Of a stretch of DNA of 30,677 nt, positions 1-8,038 are shown one piece after another. The stretch spans positions 1 through 30,677 of the forward strand of contig JACPND010000040.1 in NCBI GenBank assembly GCA_016185625.1, given 5' to 3'. Below the pieces are notes generated by a model. The model was not told where the DNA came from. It saw only the letters and a list, made by a program, of their open reading frames with translations, and ran no database searches. The stretch is from Candidatus Woesearchaeota archaeon. GTDB lineage: Archaea > Nanobdellota > Nanobdellia > Woesearchaeales > GW2011-AR9. A program made the position numbers and the translations under genes. Numbering within the stretch: the first letter of the stretch is position 1; each line of letters begins with the position of its first letter.

Positions 1-132
1 GAAATTTTGAGTGTACAGCACAATTTCATGGAAACAAAAAGAGGAAAAACACCGGCAATGATGGAGGGATTGACAGATAAGAAATGGACTTGGGCAACAT
101 TTTTTAATCAAAGATTAACAACATTAAGTTAG
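1..132 (+). CDS. 3' end of a DDE-type transposase gene (5' part outside the window)
   Basis: Frame 1 is open from the window edge to TAG at 130-132 and reads EILSVQHNFMETKRGKTPAMMEGLTDKKWTWATFFNQRLTTLS. The N-F-x-x-x-x-x-G-K-T-P-A-M-x-x-G-L-T-D-x-x-W-T tail is a recurrent C-terminal signature of prokaryotic DDE transposases. The family cannot be assigned from 43 residues. Confidence 0.45.
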   Translation, partial: EILSVQHNFMETKRGKTPAMMEGLTDKKWTWATFFNQRLTTLS

Positions 133-158
133 GTCACTTCGCGCTTTTACTGACGCAG

Positions 159-581
159 TTGCCGTCCTTTTTTGGGAATAAAAGAGTAATTCAGGAATTC
201 ATTACAGAGTATCAAGGAGAGATCTATCTTGCGGAATACATGCATGGAACACGATTCTTATCTCTTCTGGGCTTGCATTATCCGCAGTGTAAAGTCATCA
301 AGATGATGTATCCCTCAATTCATCCCTTTTCGGAAGAGCATTTCCAAGGAGAAATCCAGGAAAACGTGCGACAATACGGAAAGAATTTTATTGTTGGTTT
401 GGGATTAATTGCCGTCGGAATTCAGGGGAATGATCCGGTGTTATCATCTGTTGAATTGAAGAAGTATCTTGACTTGGTACGAAGATGCGGGGTTAAGGAA
501 GTGGTTTTGTATCGTTTGGGCGGGTTGGATAAAGAAAAAGCAGGAATCATTCAAAAACATTCTACACCAAATACCTCATAA
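159..581 (+). CDS. hypothetical protein, possibly a gene remnant
   Basis: 140-codon ORF from the track. Only a TTG start at 159 is available, because the frame is closed by TAA at 105-107. No domain recognised. Its last six codons and stop lie inside the duplicated reductase segment 561-680. Confidence 0.35.
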   Translation: MPSFFGNKRVIQEFITEYQGEIYLAEYMHGTRFLSLLGLHYPQCKVIKMMYPSIHPFSEEHFQGEIQENVRQYGKNFIVGLGLIAVGIQGNDPVLSSVELKKYLDLVRRCGVKEVVLYRLGGLDKEKAGIIQKHSTPNTS

Positions 582-680
582 AATACAAAAATCTTGGCTC
601 CCTAAATAATGTCTTCAGCACGATCGGCCAGGGATTCTCCCGCGTGTGCTGCTCTAAAATCGCCCGAATCCGGGGCTGAT
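561..680 (-). pseudogene. orphan duplicate of the 3' part of the geranylgeranyl reductase gene
   Basis: 564-680 matches 2197-2313 at 116 of 117 positions by hand alignment. Homology continues 3 nt further across a 1-nt indel. The copy encodes reductase residues QPRIRAILEQHTRENPWPIVLKTLFREPRFLYFMRYLV followed directly by TAG, with no reductase sequence upstream of it. Confidence 0.85.
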
Positions 681-714
681 GAAGCCCCAGAGGTTGGATA
701 AAAATACTCATTAT

Positions 715-1500
715 TTACTCTAAGAGTTCGATAATTCTTTTTATTTCTGGGAGTGTATGATTTAATTGAACACTTGCTTTCTGATAGTCGGCTTCATCAA
801 TGGTGGAGATTGTTTTAAGTATATTCCCTAAGGGCAGAAACTGAGTAATCTTCTTTTTCAATTCTTGCGGCTTCTCTTTCGAGTACCACAGCAAAGCAAA
901 AAGGTCGCAGAGATCTTTAATTTTCTTATGCTCTTTATCCCGCATTTTGAGAGCATTCAGCTTCGTGGCTAAAAGAAGTTCTGGTTTTGGCAGCCATAAT
1001 CTCTTGTTAAACTCTTTTAGTTCTGCTCTATGTTTTCCATCTTCAAATGCAAAACGTAATAATGGCTCATCTGCTGGCTGAAAATAGAACACCTCTCTGA
1101 ATTTTGAGGGAATATTGTCCACCAGCACGTCAACGTACATAGGAAAAATGAAATGTGCCGGAATTATCTTTCCTGTTTCGATTTCTTCTTCTGTTTCAGT
1201 ATGAACTTCTTTCAGTAGACGGAAAGAGACAGATTTGAATTTGAGCTTATTCTGGAGGATATCGAGCGACTTTGCGAGTGCAGAATTCTTCATCTGCTCC
1301 ACATTTGCAGTTTTCTCGAGATGGAAACCCAGATCAATATCTCTGCTTCCCAGATATGGTCTTCCCTGTGCTCTTTGGAAGTTCTTGTTCACCTGCAGAA
1401 AAACTGCCCATCCACCAAGAATACAAATTGGTTCCTCTAATGCAGAGATTACTTGTTGGAGGTATTTGTACGATGTTCGTGTTTCAAATTCAAGATACAT
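715..1500 (-). CDS. abiEii: AbiEii-like nucleotidyltransferase (type IV toxin-antitoxin toxin family)
   Basis: 261 aa. The N-terminal ILGGWAV...GSRDIDLGF matches the GG-x-A...S-x-D-I-D nucleotidyltransferase core of the AbiEii/DUF1814 family. Its start overlaps the stop of the upstream wHTH gene by 11 nt, the usual AbiEi-AbiEii order. Confidence 0.7.
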   Translation of the reverse strand: MYLEFETRTSYKYLQQVISALEEPICILGGWAVFLQVNKNFQRAQGRPYLGSRDIDLGFHLEKTANVEQMKNSALAKSLDILQNKLKFKSVSFRLLKEVHTETEEEIETGKIIPAHFIFPMYVDVLVDNIPSKFREVFYFQPADEPLLRFAFEDGKHRAELKEFNKRLWLPKPELLLATKLNALKMRDKEHKKIKDLCDLFALLWYSKEKPQELKKKITQFLPLGNILKTISTIDEADYQKASVQLNHTLPEIKRIIELLE

Positions 1501-2074
1501 GTTTTTTTAGCTTCACGAGAAGCATCTCGGCTGCCTCTGCTGCCGGTCCTCCCTCGGTATACAAATCTATTATTAATTGCGGTAATGAGACCACAAATAA
1601 GCCATTAATTTTTCTTTTTCCATAAGTGACTTGTTCTTCTGCCACAGTAATACGAACATTACCCTTCCCATACAATCCTTCTTTCAGCAGAAGGGAGTGC
1701 CACGTTTGTAAATCTTCTTCTTTAATGTAAATATCTATTCTTGATGGGAAAAGGTGGCGTTGTACAACATTTTCGGCCTGATAGGTGGTGAGAGCATAGT
1801 CTAATTTCGTCTTTTTTAGTAATTTTAATGGCCCTTTAATCATATATTCTCGATATTTTTGTGGCTTTTTGTGAATGGTTAGCCAGTATTTGATGAGTCC
1901 AGCAGGATTAACAACTTTCGTTCCTTTTACCAATTTCTTTTTTTCAAGTTCTCGTGAGAAGAGAATAATCCACTGCCGGGTACAGTTAGCCCTTTTAGAA
2001 AGTTCATTCTTGCTTAATGATTTAGGTTCTGTTAGGAGCACCCGCAGTATCCTTTCTTGTTTTAGTCCGCGCAT
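1490..2074 (-). CDS. abiEi: AbiEi-like antitoxin / winged-helix transcriptional regulator
   Basis: 194 aa. N-terminal HTH-like segment (ILRVLLTEPKSLSKNELSKRANCTRQWIILFSRELEKKKLV) followed by a C-terminal domain. Translationally overlapped with the AbiEii-like gene. Confidence 0.6.
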   Translation of the reverse strand: MRGLKQERILRVLLTEPKSLSKNELSKRANCTRQWIILFSRELEKKKLVKGTKVVNPAGLIKYWLTIHKKPQKYREYMIKGPLKLLKKTKLDYALTTYQAENVVQRHLFPSRIDIYIKEEDLQTWHSLLLKEGLYGKGNVRITVAEEQVTYGKRKINGLFVVSLPQLIIDLYTEGGPAAEAAEMLLVKLKKHVS

Positions 2075-2094
2075 GGGGTGTAATTAAATGAACT

Positions 2095-2121
2095 GATATA
2101 TAAATGTTACTTACATGTAAG
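2095..2121 (-). promoter_or_regulatory. TATA-like box plus 12-bp perfect palindrome upstream of the AbiEi-like gene
   Basis: On the minus strand TTTATATAT is centred about 26 nt upstream of the ATG at 2074. Immediately upstream is the perfect palindrome CTTACATGTAAG (2110-2121). Confidence 0.4.
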
Positions 2122-2170
2122 CATATCTGGCCGTTCATAAAGTAGAGTTGCAGGAAATGGGGCTCTTCGT

Positions 2171-3280
2171 TTACGGCAAAAAGTGTCCTATGTCTAACAC
2201 CAAATACCTCATAAAATACAAAAATCTTGGCTCCCTAAATAATGTCTTCAGCACGATCGGCCAGGGATTCTCACGCGTGTGCTGCTCTAAAATCGCCCGA
2301 ATCCGGGGCTGATCCATATACTTCACCATTTTGTCAAAGTCCTCATCTGAGAATTTGTCCAGCAGGTTCCGCAGTTTCAAATGCAGCCATAACCGTGTTC
2401 GGACAGGCTTTACTTCTTTTTCCAAATCCTTCCCTTCCAGGATGCTTTTCGCCACCGCTTCTGCTTGTTTCAATCCGGGAACCAGCCCGCCCAGCGTCGT
2501 CGCTTTCACAAATCCTGCGGCGTCGCCCAACACATAACAATTCTCTTTCTGTAACACCTGCTCAGAACAATAGACCGGAATCGTTCCCGCCTGTAATTCT
2601 TTCACTGTAAATCCCTTCTGCTGCATGAACGTATCAAAATAATGCTTCGTATTTTTCATCGTAGCCACGCCAACTCTGGCGATAGTAGCCGACTCCGGCA
2701 CAATCCAGGCAAACAGTCCGGGGCAGATTTCCTTCCCAAAATAAGCTTCATACCCACCAGGATCAAACTTCCCTTCCACCGTCGCCTGAATGCCGATGTA
2801 ATTCGTCCGCGTCGGATGAAACATCCCATATGCTTTCGCGGTCTTGGATAATGGACCATCGGCAGCGATCACGATATCGGGAGAAATTATCTTTTCCGTC
2901 TTATGTGCCGAATCACGTATCACCAGATTTTTCCCTTCCTTGCGCAGAAAAGAATGATTCAGATGCAATTGTGCTCCCTCTTTCATCGCCAGCTCCACGA
3001 AAAACCAGTCAAATTTCGGGCGAGAGACTAAATATTCTTTTTGGTTTATCGTCGTCGAAAAATGAGGGGAAGACACCGTACATTTGCGAAACGTATTCAC
3101 CAGGAACGAATCTTTTGGCAGATTAAACTGGTCAAAATCGTGCGTCAGCAATCCCGTGCATTGAATCGGACAGCCAACTTGAGCATGCTCTTCATACAGC
3201 TCTACGGAATGGCCGGCTTTGGCCAAAAGATACGCGGCATAGCCACCAATGGGGCCGGCACCGATGATAGCAATGTTCAT
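2171..3280 (-). CDS. geranylgeranyl reductase family FAD-dependent oxidoreductase (archaeal lipid saturation type)
   Basis: 369 aa. N-terminal Rossmann motif MNIAIIGAGPIGGYAAYLLAKAGHSVELYE, followed by VGCPIQCTGLL and LGDAAGFVKATTLGG, as in digeranylgeranylglycerophospholipid reductases. Confidence 0.9.
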   Translation of the reverse strand: MNIAIIGAGPIGGYAAYLLAKAGHSVELYEEHAQVGCPIQCTGLLTHDFDQFNLPKDSFLVNTFRKCTVSSPHFSTTINQKEYLVSRPKFDWFFVELAMKEGAQLHLNHSFLRKEGKNLVIRDSAHKTEKIISPDIVIAADGPLSKTAKAYGMFHPTRTNYIGIQATVEGKFDPGGYEAYFGKEICPGLFAWIVPESATIARVGVATMKNTKHYFDTFMQQKGFTVKELQAGTIPVYCSEQVLQKENCYVLGDAAGFVKATTLGGLVPGLKQAEAVAKSILEGKDLEKEVKPVRTRLWLHLKLRNLLDKFSDEDFDKMVKYMDQPRIRAILEQHTRENPWPIVLKTLFREPRFLYFMRYLVLDIGHFLP

Positions 3281-3300
3281 GTTTGGAGACGAAAGAATAC

Positions 3301-3312
3301 CATATAAAAAGG
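3301..3312 (-). promoter_or_regulatory. TATA-like box of the reductase gene
   Basis: Minus strand CCTTTTTATATG centred about 26 nt upstream of the ATG at 3280. This suggests a leaderless or near-leaderless transcript. Confidence 0.4.
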
Positions 3313-3363
3313 TTATTAAAAATAGTTAATCCCTGCGAAAGAAGACATAATCATTCGGCAATC

Positions 3364-4140
3364 CTACTGTTTTTCTATTTTCTCCACGAGACCACGAATT
3401 CGTCCCTTGGCCAGAACTTCGGGATGGAATTTTCTCAGTGAAGCTTCAATCCCTTCTCCTGCGTCGTATAAGCGTCGAAGTGCGCTATCTCTTGATGGAG
3501 AATCAAATCGAAGTTGTGTCGTGTATTCTCCTGATTTCTTGGCCGAAACGTTGATCCGTGCGGCGTATATGCCACTCACGTGAGGATGTTTCTCGTTCGA
3601 TGATATTTCACGAATACCACAGATCTGTATGGCATCTAAAACCCAAGGATTCCGAGAACTATCGCCTAGATTAGGGAGAGTGGCTCCCACAGATTCTGAC
3701 CACATCATCGCAACAGATGGTCGTCCAATGCTAACTTCCGTCTGGTTTCCTCTGTAAAACGTCAGAGGTTCGGAATACGGAATGCCCATCGAGGGGTCGG
3801 AATACGGCAAGGCCAGAGAAATTCTCGAACCTTTCATCTGAACTGGGAAAAGAGCAACTTCAATCTCTAATCCCTCTTCGTAAATCGAATGACGAGATGA
3901 TTCAGCGACGTTTTCTTCCTGATCCTCTGGAAAACGCAGAAAGCATCTCTGCCTACAAGAAGAATGCCCATAACAGTGATCGGTCTTGGAGCATTCTTCA
4001 ATTCCCAGAATTTCTAGAAAGGTCGGCATGACGCCGTCATGGTGTAACGATGCTTTGCCCACAACCATTCCCTTTCGTCTAATGTATGTTTCTGTCGGTC
4101 CATGAACGTCAAAAGTAATGTTTGTTTCCCTTTTTTTCAT
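3364..4140 (-). CDS. hypothetical protein (Cys/His-rich N-terminal third)
   Basis: 258-aa ORF with no competing ORF. Contains ECSKTDHCYGHSSCRQRC. No family recognised. Confidence 0.6.
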   Translation of the reverse strand: MKKRETNITFDVHGPTETYIRRKGMVVGKASLHHDGVMPTFLEILGIEECSKTDHCYGHSSCRQRCFLRFPEDQEENVAESSRHSIYEEGLEIEVALFPVQMKGSRISLALPYSDPSMGIPYSEPLTFYRGNQTEVSIGRPSVAMMWSESVGATLPNLGDSSRNPWVLDAIQICGIREISSNEKHPHVSGIYAARINVSAKKSGEYTTQLRFDSPSRDSALRRLYDAGEGIEASLRKFHPEVLAKGRIRGLVEKIEKQ

Positions 4141-4180
4141 TTTTTACTCATCGTTAGTTTTTCAACACGCTGGCTTGCTC

Positions 4181-4525
4181 TTAAAATAAATGCCTTGCTC
4201 TGTAGTATATTGAAGGATTTGCCATGACGTCATTAACAGTTTGTGCATGCCCTTCCTGGGCTTCTTCAATAGTGTTATATCTGTTCAGAGATGCTATCTT
4301 TTTCCTATCTCTTACGCCCAAAACAATTGTTTCATAGTAAGGAGAGGGACTTGTTCCAAAGTAATTCAATGGGGGACTGATATCAACCGTCGTAATTTCT
4401 CTCCCCCCAGATTTTGTTCTTAATTCAATTCCCAACACAACTTCAGTACTTTCTCTCTCCCCTACTATTGTTCTTAATTTCAATTCTAACATTTGATTCA
4501 CCTGTGTTTGTTTTCCTTCTTTCAC
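4181..4525 (-). CDS. small hypothetical protein
   Basis: 114-aa ORF lying 40 nt upstream of, and co-oriented with, 3364-4140. The C-terminal half reads YYETIVLGVRDRKKIASLNRYNTIEEAQEGHAQTV. Confidence 0.55.
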   Translation of the reverse strand: MKEGKQTQVNQMLELKLRTIVGERESTEVVLGIELRTKSGGREITTVDISPPLNYFGTSPSPYYETIVLGVRDRKKIASLNRYNTIEEAQEGHAQTVNDVMANPSIYYRARHLF

Positions 4526-4576
4526 GAATTGTTATTTAATAAGCTTTATGCAACTGGAGAAAATCTGCAAAACACT

Positions 4577-4594
4577 AAAAAAAAGAAAAAAAAA
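4577..4594 (-). terminator. oligo-T terminator after the envelope operon
   Basis: The minus strand reads T9-C-T8 beginning 25 nt downstream of the stop at 4619. Oligo-T tracts are the archaeal termination signal. Confidence 0.55.
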
Positions 4595-4618
4595 GATTTG
4601 GAGGAAGATAGCCTACTT

Positions 4619-5857
4619 TTAGTAGTAGGTCTTTTCTTCGTCGTCTTTCTTCAATCTGCTAAAGCCGATGACCAGACCGATGATCACTAACAGGACCACC
4701 AGCGCAATCAACGCAATTTCTAAGCCGTTTCGCAGATTGACACTTTGCTTGGCAGCGCCAGCCACATTCGCTTTCAAGCTCACTGTTTGCAGCACGTCGC
4801 TTCCTGACTTGATCGCTACGGAGGCAACTTGTGCGCTGCCGACAGCAGCCGCGGATGTGGGAGTCACATCAACATAGACCACTTGGTTTTTGTTGGACTC
4901 CAGCACGACTAAGCTTTCACTCACTTTGGCATTCGCCCAGTCGCCCGTCACTACTTCAACCATATAGGCCTTGCTGCCTGTTCCGGCATTGGTCAAAGCG
5001 ATGGCGTAGGTCGCAGTTTGGCCGACAGCCACATTTTGGCTTTCCGGTCCGACTGCCAGCACTAACTTATCGCTTGCCTGGAACAGTTCATTGGCAATGA
5101 CATTTAATTTGAACGTTTTGGTCACGCTTTCATACTCATCGTAACCAGCGGTCACTTTGACGTCATATTCGCCCGGTTGAGCCGTCGCAGGAATGCTGAC
5201 GAACATTTCTGGAACATCTTCATACTCGATGTTATGCTTAGCGGTGCTGATCACGTCCACAAATTCGGTCGCACTGACACCCAACGCCGGGATGCTTACG
5301 GTAACTTTGACGTCTTTTTCGTCCTTATCACCGTAATTCTGCAGCAACACCGTAGTCAGCAAGGAGCGTCCCGCTTTTACGGTCGTTCCCGGACTAAACG
5401 CCACGTCGCTGATATCCAATCCATGCCGCACCGGTTCTACTGCCAGCTTGATTTCTTTCACAAGATCGCTAGAATCCTTATTCTTCACGCTGATTTTCAG
5501 CAAGTATTCGCTTTTCTCCAGCTTCTTGGGCAGGGTCAATTCCAGACTTACCGTCTTGGTTGTTCCCTTCGCCAAGTCAAACACATGACTTTGCGCCGTC
5601 AGAGATTCATAGTCGGAATACTCATACCCATCGATTTCAGCCTGCACTTCGATGTCGGTCATGTCGGCTTTGCCTTCAAGTCCAACTTCAAGGTCCAGTT
5701 TTTTTCCTTCTTCTACTGCCAACATAGTTCCGTCAACAGTCACGTCTACATCGTTAACTTTCACGAATGCAAATTCTACTTGCTTCGCGTCAATGGCACT
5801 GACAACTGCCATTAAGCTAACGACAAATACAGCCATTAAACTTAACAGTTTTCTCAT
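4619..5857 (-). CDS. C-terminally anchored cell-surface protein with repeated CARDB/S-layer-like beta domains
   Basis: Signal peptide MRKLLSLMAVFVVSLMAVVSAIDA, then repeated beta-rich modules (for example DVKVTVSIPALG, GEYDVKVTAGY). Ends with a C-terminal TM helix LEIALIALVVLLVIIGLVIGF and a charged tail SRLKKDDEEKTYY. I prefer the ATG at 5857, preceded by GGAGGAAG, over the track's TTG at 5872. Confidence 0.75.
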   Translation of the reverse strand: MRKLLSLMAVFVVSLMAVVSAIDAKQVEFAFVKVNDVDVTVDGTMLAVEEGKKLDLEVGLEGKADMTDIEVQAEIDGYEYSDYESLTAQSHVFDLAKGTTKTVSLELTLPKKLEKSEYLLKISVKNKDSSDLVKEIKLAVEPVRHGLDISDVAFSPGTTVKAGRSLLTTVLLQNYGDKDEKDVKVTVSIPALGVSATEFVDVISTAKHNIEYEDVPEMFVSIPATAQPGEYDVKVTAGYDEYESVTKTFKLNVIANELFQASDKLVLAVGPESQNVAVGQTATYAIALTNAGTGSKAYMVEVVTGDWANAKVSESLVVLESNKNQVVYVDVTPTSAAAVGSAQVASVAIKSGSDVLQTVSLKANVAGAAKQSVNLRNGLEIALIALVVLLVIIGLVIGFSRLKKDDEEKTYY

Positions 5858-5911
5858 TTTATCTTCCTCCAAATTTGTTGAATGTGATTTTTTTTATGTC
5901 AAAACCCTCAG

Positions 5912-5924
5912 TTATATATAAAGG
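5912..5924 (-). promoter_or_regulatory. possible internal TATA-like box
   Basis: Minus strand CCTTTATATATAA sits in the 107-nt gap between the adhesin stop (5980) and the next gene. Confidence 0.35.
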
Positions 5925-5979
5925 TTTCGATTATTTTAGTATTTAAGAGTAGCTACATCATGTAGCTATTCTAAAATGC

Positions 5980-8034
5980 TTATTGTACTATGACCTGACG
6001 ATAGGCGGTGTCGTGGAACTGACTGTTGCCGACGGTAACTCGCACTTCGTATTGGCCGGCGCCTATCCACTCGGGCAGCGGCATCGTGACTGTCATCGAC
6101 GTTTTTTCATCGACGTCTAGGGCGAACTCGCCGCTGCTGGCTTTCAGGTTCAGGTCATACGCCAGCACGCTTACCCGCAGATTTTCCAGATCCGTATCGC
6201 CGTTGTTTTCAATATCCACGTGCACCGGAACGGCCTCTCCACTGCTGATTACCTCCAGCAGTCGCACTGAGGAAATCTTCAGGTTCTTGCTTAGAACTGA
6301 CGCAGATAGCGGTGTTTCATCACAGGCATCGCCCTTTCCGTCTTTATCACTATCTTTCTGATCGGCATTGGATATTGTCGGACAATTGTCTTGAGCATCA
6401 GGAATGCCGTCGCCATCCGTATCCTGCCCCGGCTTCACCGGATCGCAGGCATCGCCTTGGCCGTCGCCATCCGTATCTTTCTGGTCAGGATTAGGAGTCA
6501 GTGGGCAGTTGTCCTCTTGGTCAGGAATGCCGTCTAAATCACTATCCAGCACCGCTTCAGCGGTTATCATAATACTTTTGGACAGTTGAACTTTACCTCC
6601 GTAAGTATCGGAGATGGTTACCGTGACGGTATACTCTCCCGTAACGATATACTGCTTCACCAATGCGCTGCCCGTTCCCGTCGTTCCATCGCCGAAGTTC
6701 CAGTCGTAGGTAAGAGCGTCGCCGTCAGCATCACTTGCGGAAACACTAAATGCTCCCTGGTCACCAATCATTAATGCGAGAGGCATGGCCATAGATTCGA
6801 TGGCGGGATTTCTGTTTACGTCCTGAATGGTGATTTGAACTTCCTGCCAAGAGGAATAATTCTGTCCGTCATAGGCCCGGAATTGCAGCACGAAGGTCTT
6901 TTCGGCTGCCGGATGCTTGACGAAGTTAAAGCTGGGGGTGAATGAAAAGGTTCCGGTCGTCGGATTCAAGTTATCAACCCAGGGATTGCCAAACAACAGG
7001 TTTTCTATGAAGCAATCAAATGTTCCTGAACATGGCTTGCGCACCGAATAGGTCAGCGCATCTCCTTCCTGGTCTTTCGCCGAAACCGTAACAGTGACTG
7101 GTCCGCCTTCCTTTCCGGCGATTATGGTCCCTTTTTGATTCATCACCGGAGGCTGATTCTCTGCCGGAGGGGCTTCCACTTTCAGGATAAAGCCATACGA
7201 GCCGGTGTCTTGTCCATCGCTGACTTCCACCATGACAGGATAATTTCCGGCATTCAGTATTCCGGAAATCGTCGCCGTGTATTGTCCCTGTGCTTTCTTG
7301 CCGTTATTCTTCATCGTCAACCCATTCAGCGAGATGGCTGGTTCAGCTGACCAGAATTTGAACGCGAGTATATCACTTTTGTCTTCATCTACCGCAACGA
7401 CAGTAACCTTAATTGCTTGTCCGGCAGTGGCCTTATACGCCGGGAAAAAGCCAGCAACTTCATCAGCTTCGGGCAGAATGTTCACAATCGTGGGCGCATG
7501 ATTCATGGCTGGGGGAACTGCTTGATCACAGGCATCGCCCTTGCCGTCATTATCTGAATCCTTCTGATCTTTGTTTGACACGGAAGGGCAATTATCTTTA
7601 TCATTGGTAATGCCGTCGTTATCCATATCCTGAGGAACTGCATTCACTGTAAGGTCTAAAAATTTTATCTTGTCTTCTTCGCCATTGTTCACTTCGATCC
7701 GCACTGTATAACTTCCCGACAATTCTTTTGTATCTACAGAAAACCACTGCAGGTATGCTTTCAGATCATCACCGATGAAAACCGGCATCTTTTGAACTAC
7801 ATTCTGCACTACTTTTTTTCCTTGTAAGACGTCAATTTGCAAGGTGAAATCATTGCCGCTCACCACCTGAACTCCAAGTTCTGGATTCTCCCCCTGCTGC
7901 ACGGTCATCAGCGAATCTGCGCTGCCTTCCCACGTTGCAAAGAGGTCAAGGGTGCCAGCAAAAGCTGAAAAAACTGTTACCAGTACGAGCAACACGGCAG
8001 TGCTGATTTTAGCGATTTTAGCTCTCATGGTCAT
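5980..8034 (-). CDS. secreted multi-domain adhesin-like protein (thrombospondin type-3 repeats, cadherin-like and PKD-like domains, CARDB-like C-terminus)
   Basis: Signal peptide [24 protein letters not shown]. Six DxDxDG calcium-binding repeats of TSP3 type (DMDNDG, DSDNDG, DSDLDG, DTDGDG twice, DSDKDG), each within a D-N-C-P...D-Q-x-D...G-D-A-C-D context. PKD-like [13 protein letters not shown]. Cadherin-like [25 protein letters not shown] and [17 protein letters not shown]-like tail [20 protein letters not shown]. No membrane anchor. An alternative ATG at 8028 has better spacing from GAGGA. Confidence 0.85.
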   Translation of the reverse strand: MTMRAKIAKISTAVLLVLVTVFSAFAGTLDLFATWEGSADSLMTVQQGENPELGVQVVSGNDFTLQIDVLQGKKVVQNVVQKMPVFIGDDLKAYLQWFSVDTKELSGSYTVRIEVNNGEEDKIKFLDLTVNAVPQDMDNDGITNDKDNCPSVSNKDQKDSDNDGKGDACDQAVPPAMNHAPTIVNILPEADEVAGFFPAYKATAGQAIKVTVVAVDEDKSDILAFKFWSAEPAISLNGLTMKNNGKKAQGQYTATISGILNAGNYPVMVEVSDGQDTGSYGFILKVEAPPAENQPPVMNQKGTIIAGKEGGPVTVTVSAKDQEGDALTYSVRKPCSGTFDCFIENLLFGNPWVDNLNPTTGTFSFTPSFNFVKHPAAEKTFVLQFRAYDGQNYSSWQEVQITIQDVNRNPAIESMAMPLALMIGDQGAFSVSASDADGDALTYDWNFGDGTTGTGSALVKQYIVTGEYTVTVTISDTYGGKVQLSKSIMITAEAVLDSDLDGIPDQEDNCPLTPNPDQKDTDGDGQGDACDPVKPGQDTDGDGIPDAQDNCPTISNADQKDSDKDGKGDACDETPLSASVLSKNLKISSVRLLEVISSGEAVPVHVDIENNGDTDLENLRVSVLAYDLNLKASSGEFALDVDEKTSMTVTMPLPEWIGAGQYEVRVTVGNSQFHDTAYRQVIVQ

Positions 8035-8038
8035 ATCC

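Noticed and set aside
681-2196. Search for an integrase, recombinase or transposase within the repeat-bracketed AbiE insert
   Set aside because: Only the two AbiE-like ORFs and their antisense shadows are present. No additional frame longer than about 90 codons with recombinase motifs was found.
5177-5815. 212-aa plus-strand ORF. Similar long antisense ORFs occur at 9292-9759, 13509-13808, 15322-15684, 17392-17697 and 18609-18914.
   Set aside because: All lie opposite ORFs with signal peptides or recognisable domains. They are low-complexity or Arg/Ser-rich shadows with no motifs.
6319-7629. Internal DNA repeats of the adhesin gene considered as template/variable repeats of a diversity-generating retroelement
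   Set aside because: The repeats encode in-frame TSP3 protein repeats with ordinary divergence rather than adenine-specific differences. No reverse transcriptase gene is in the window.
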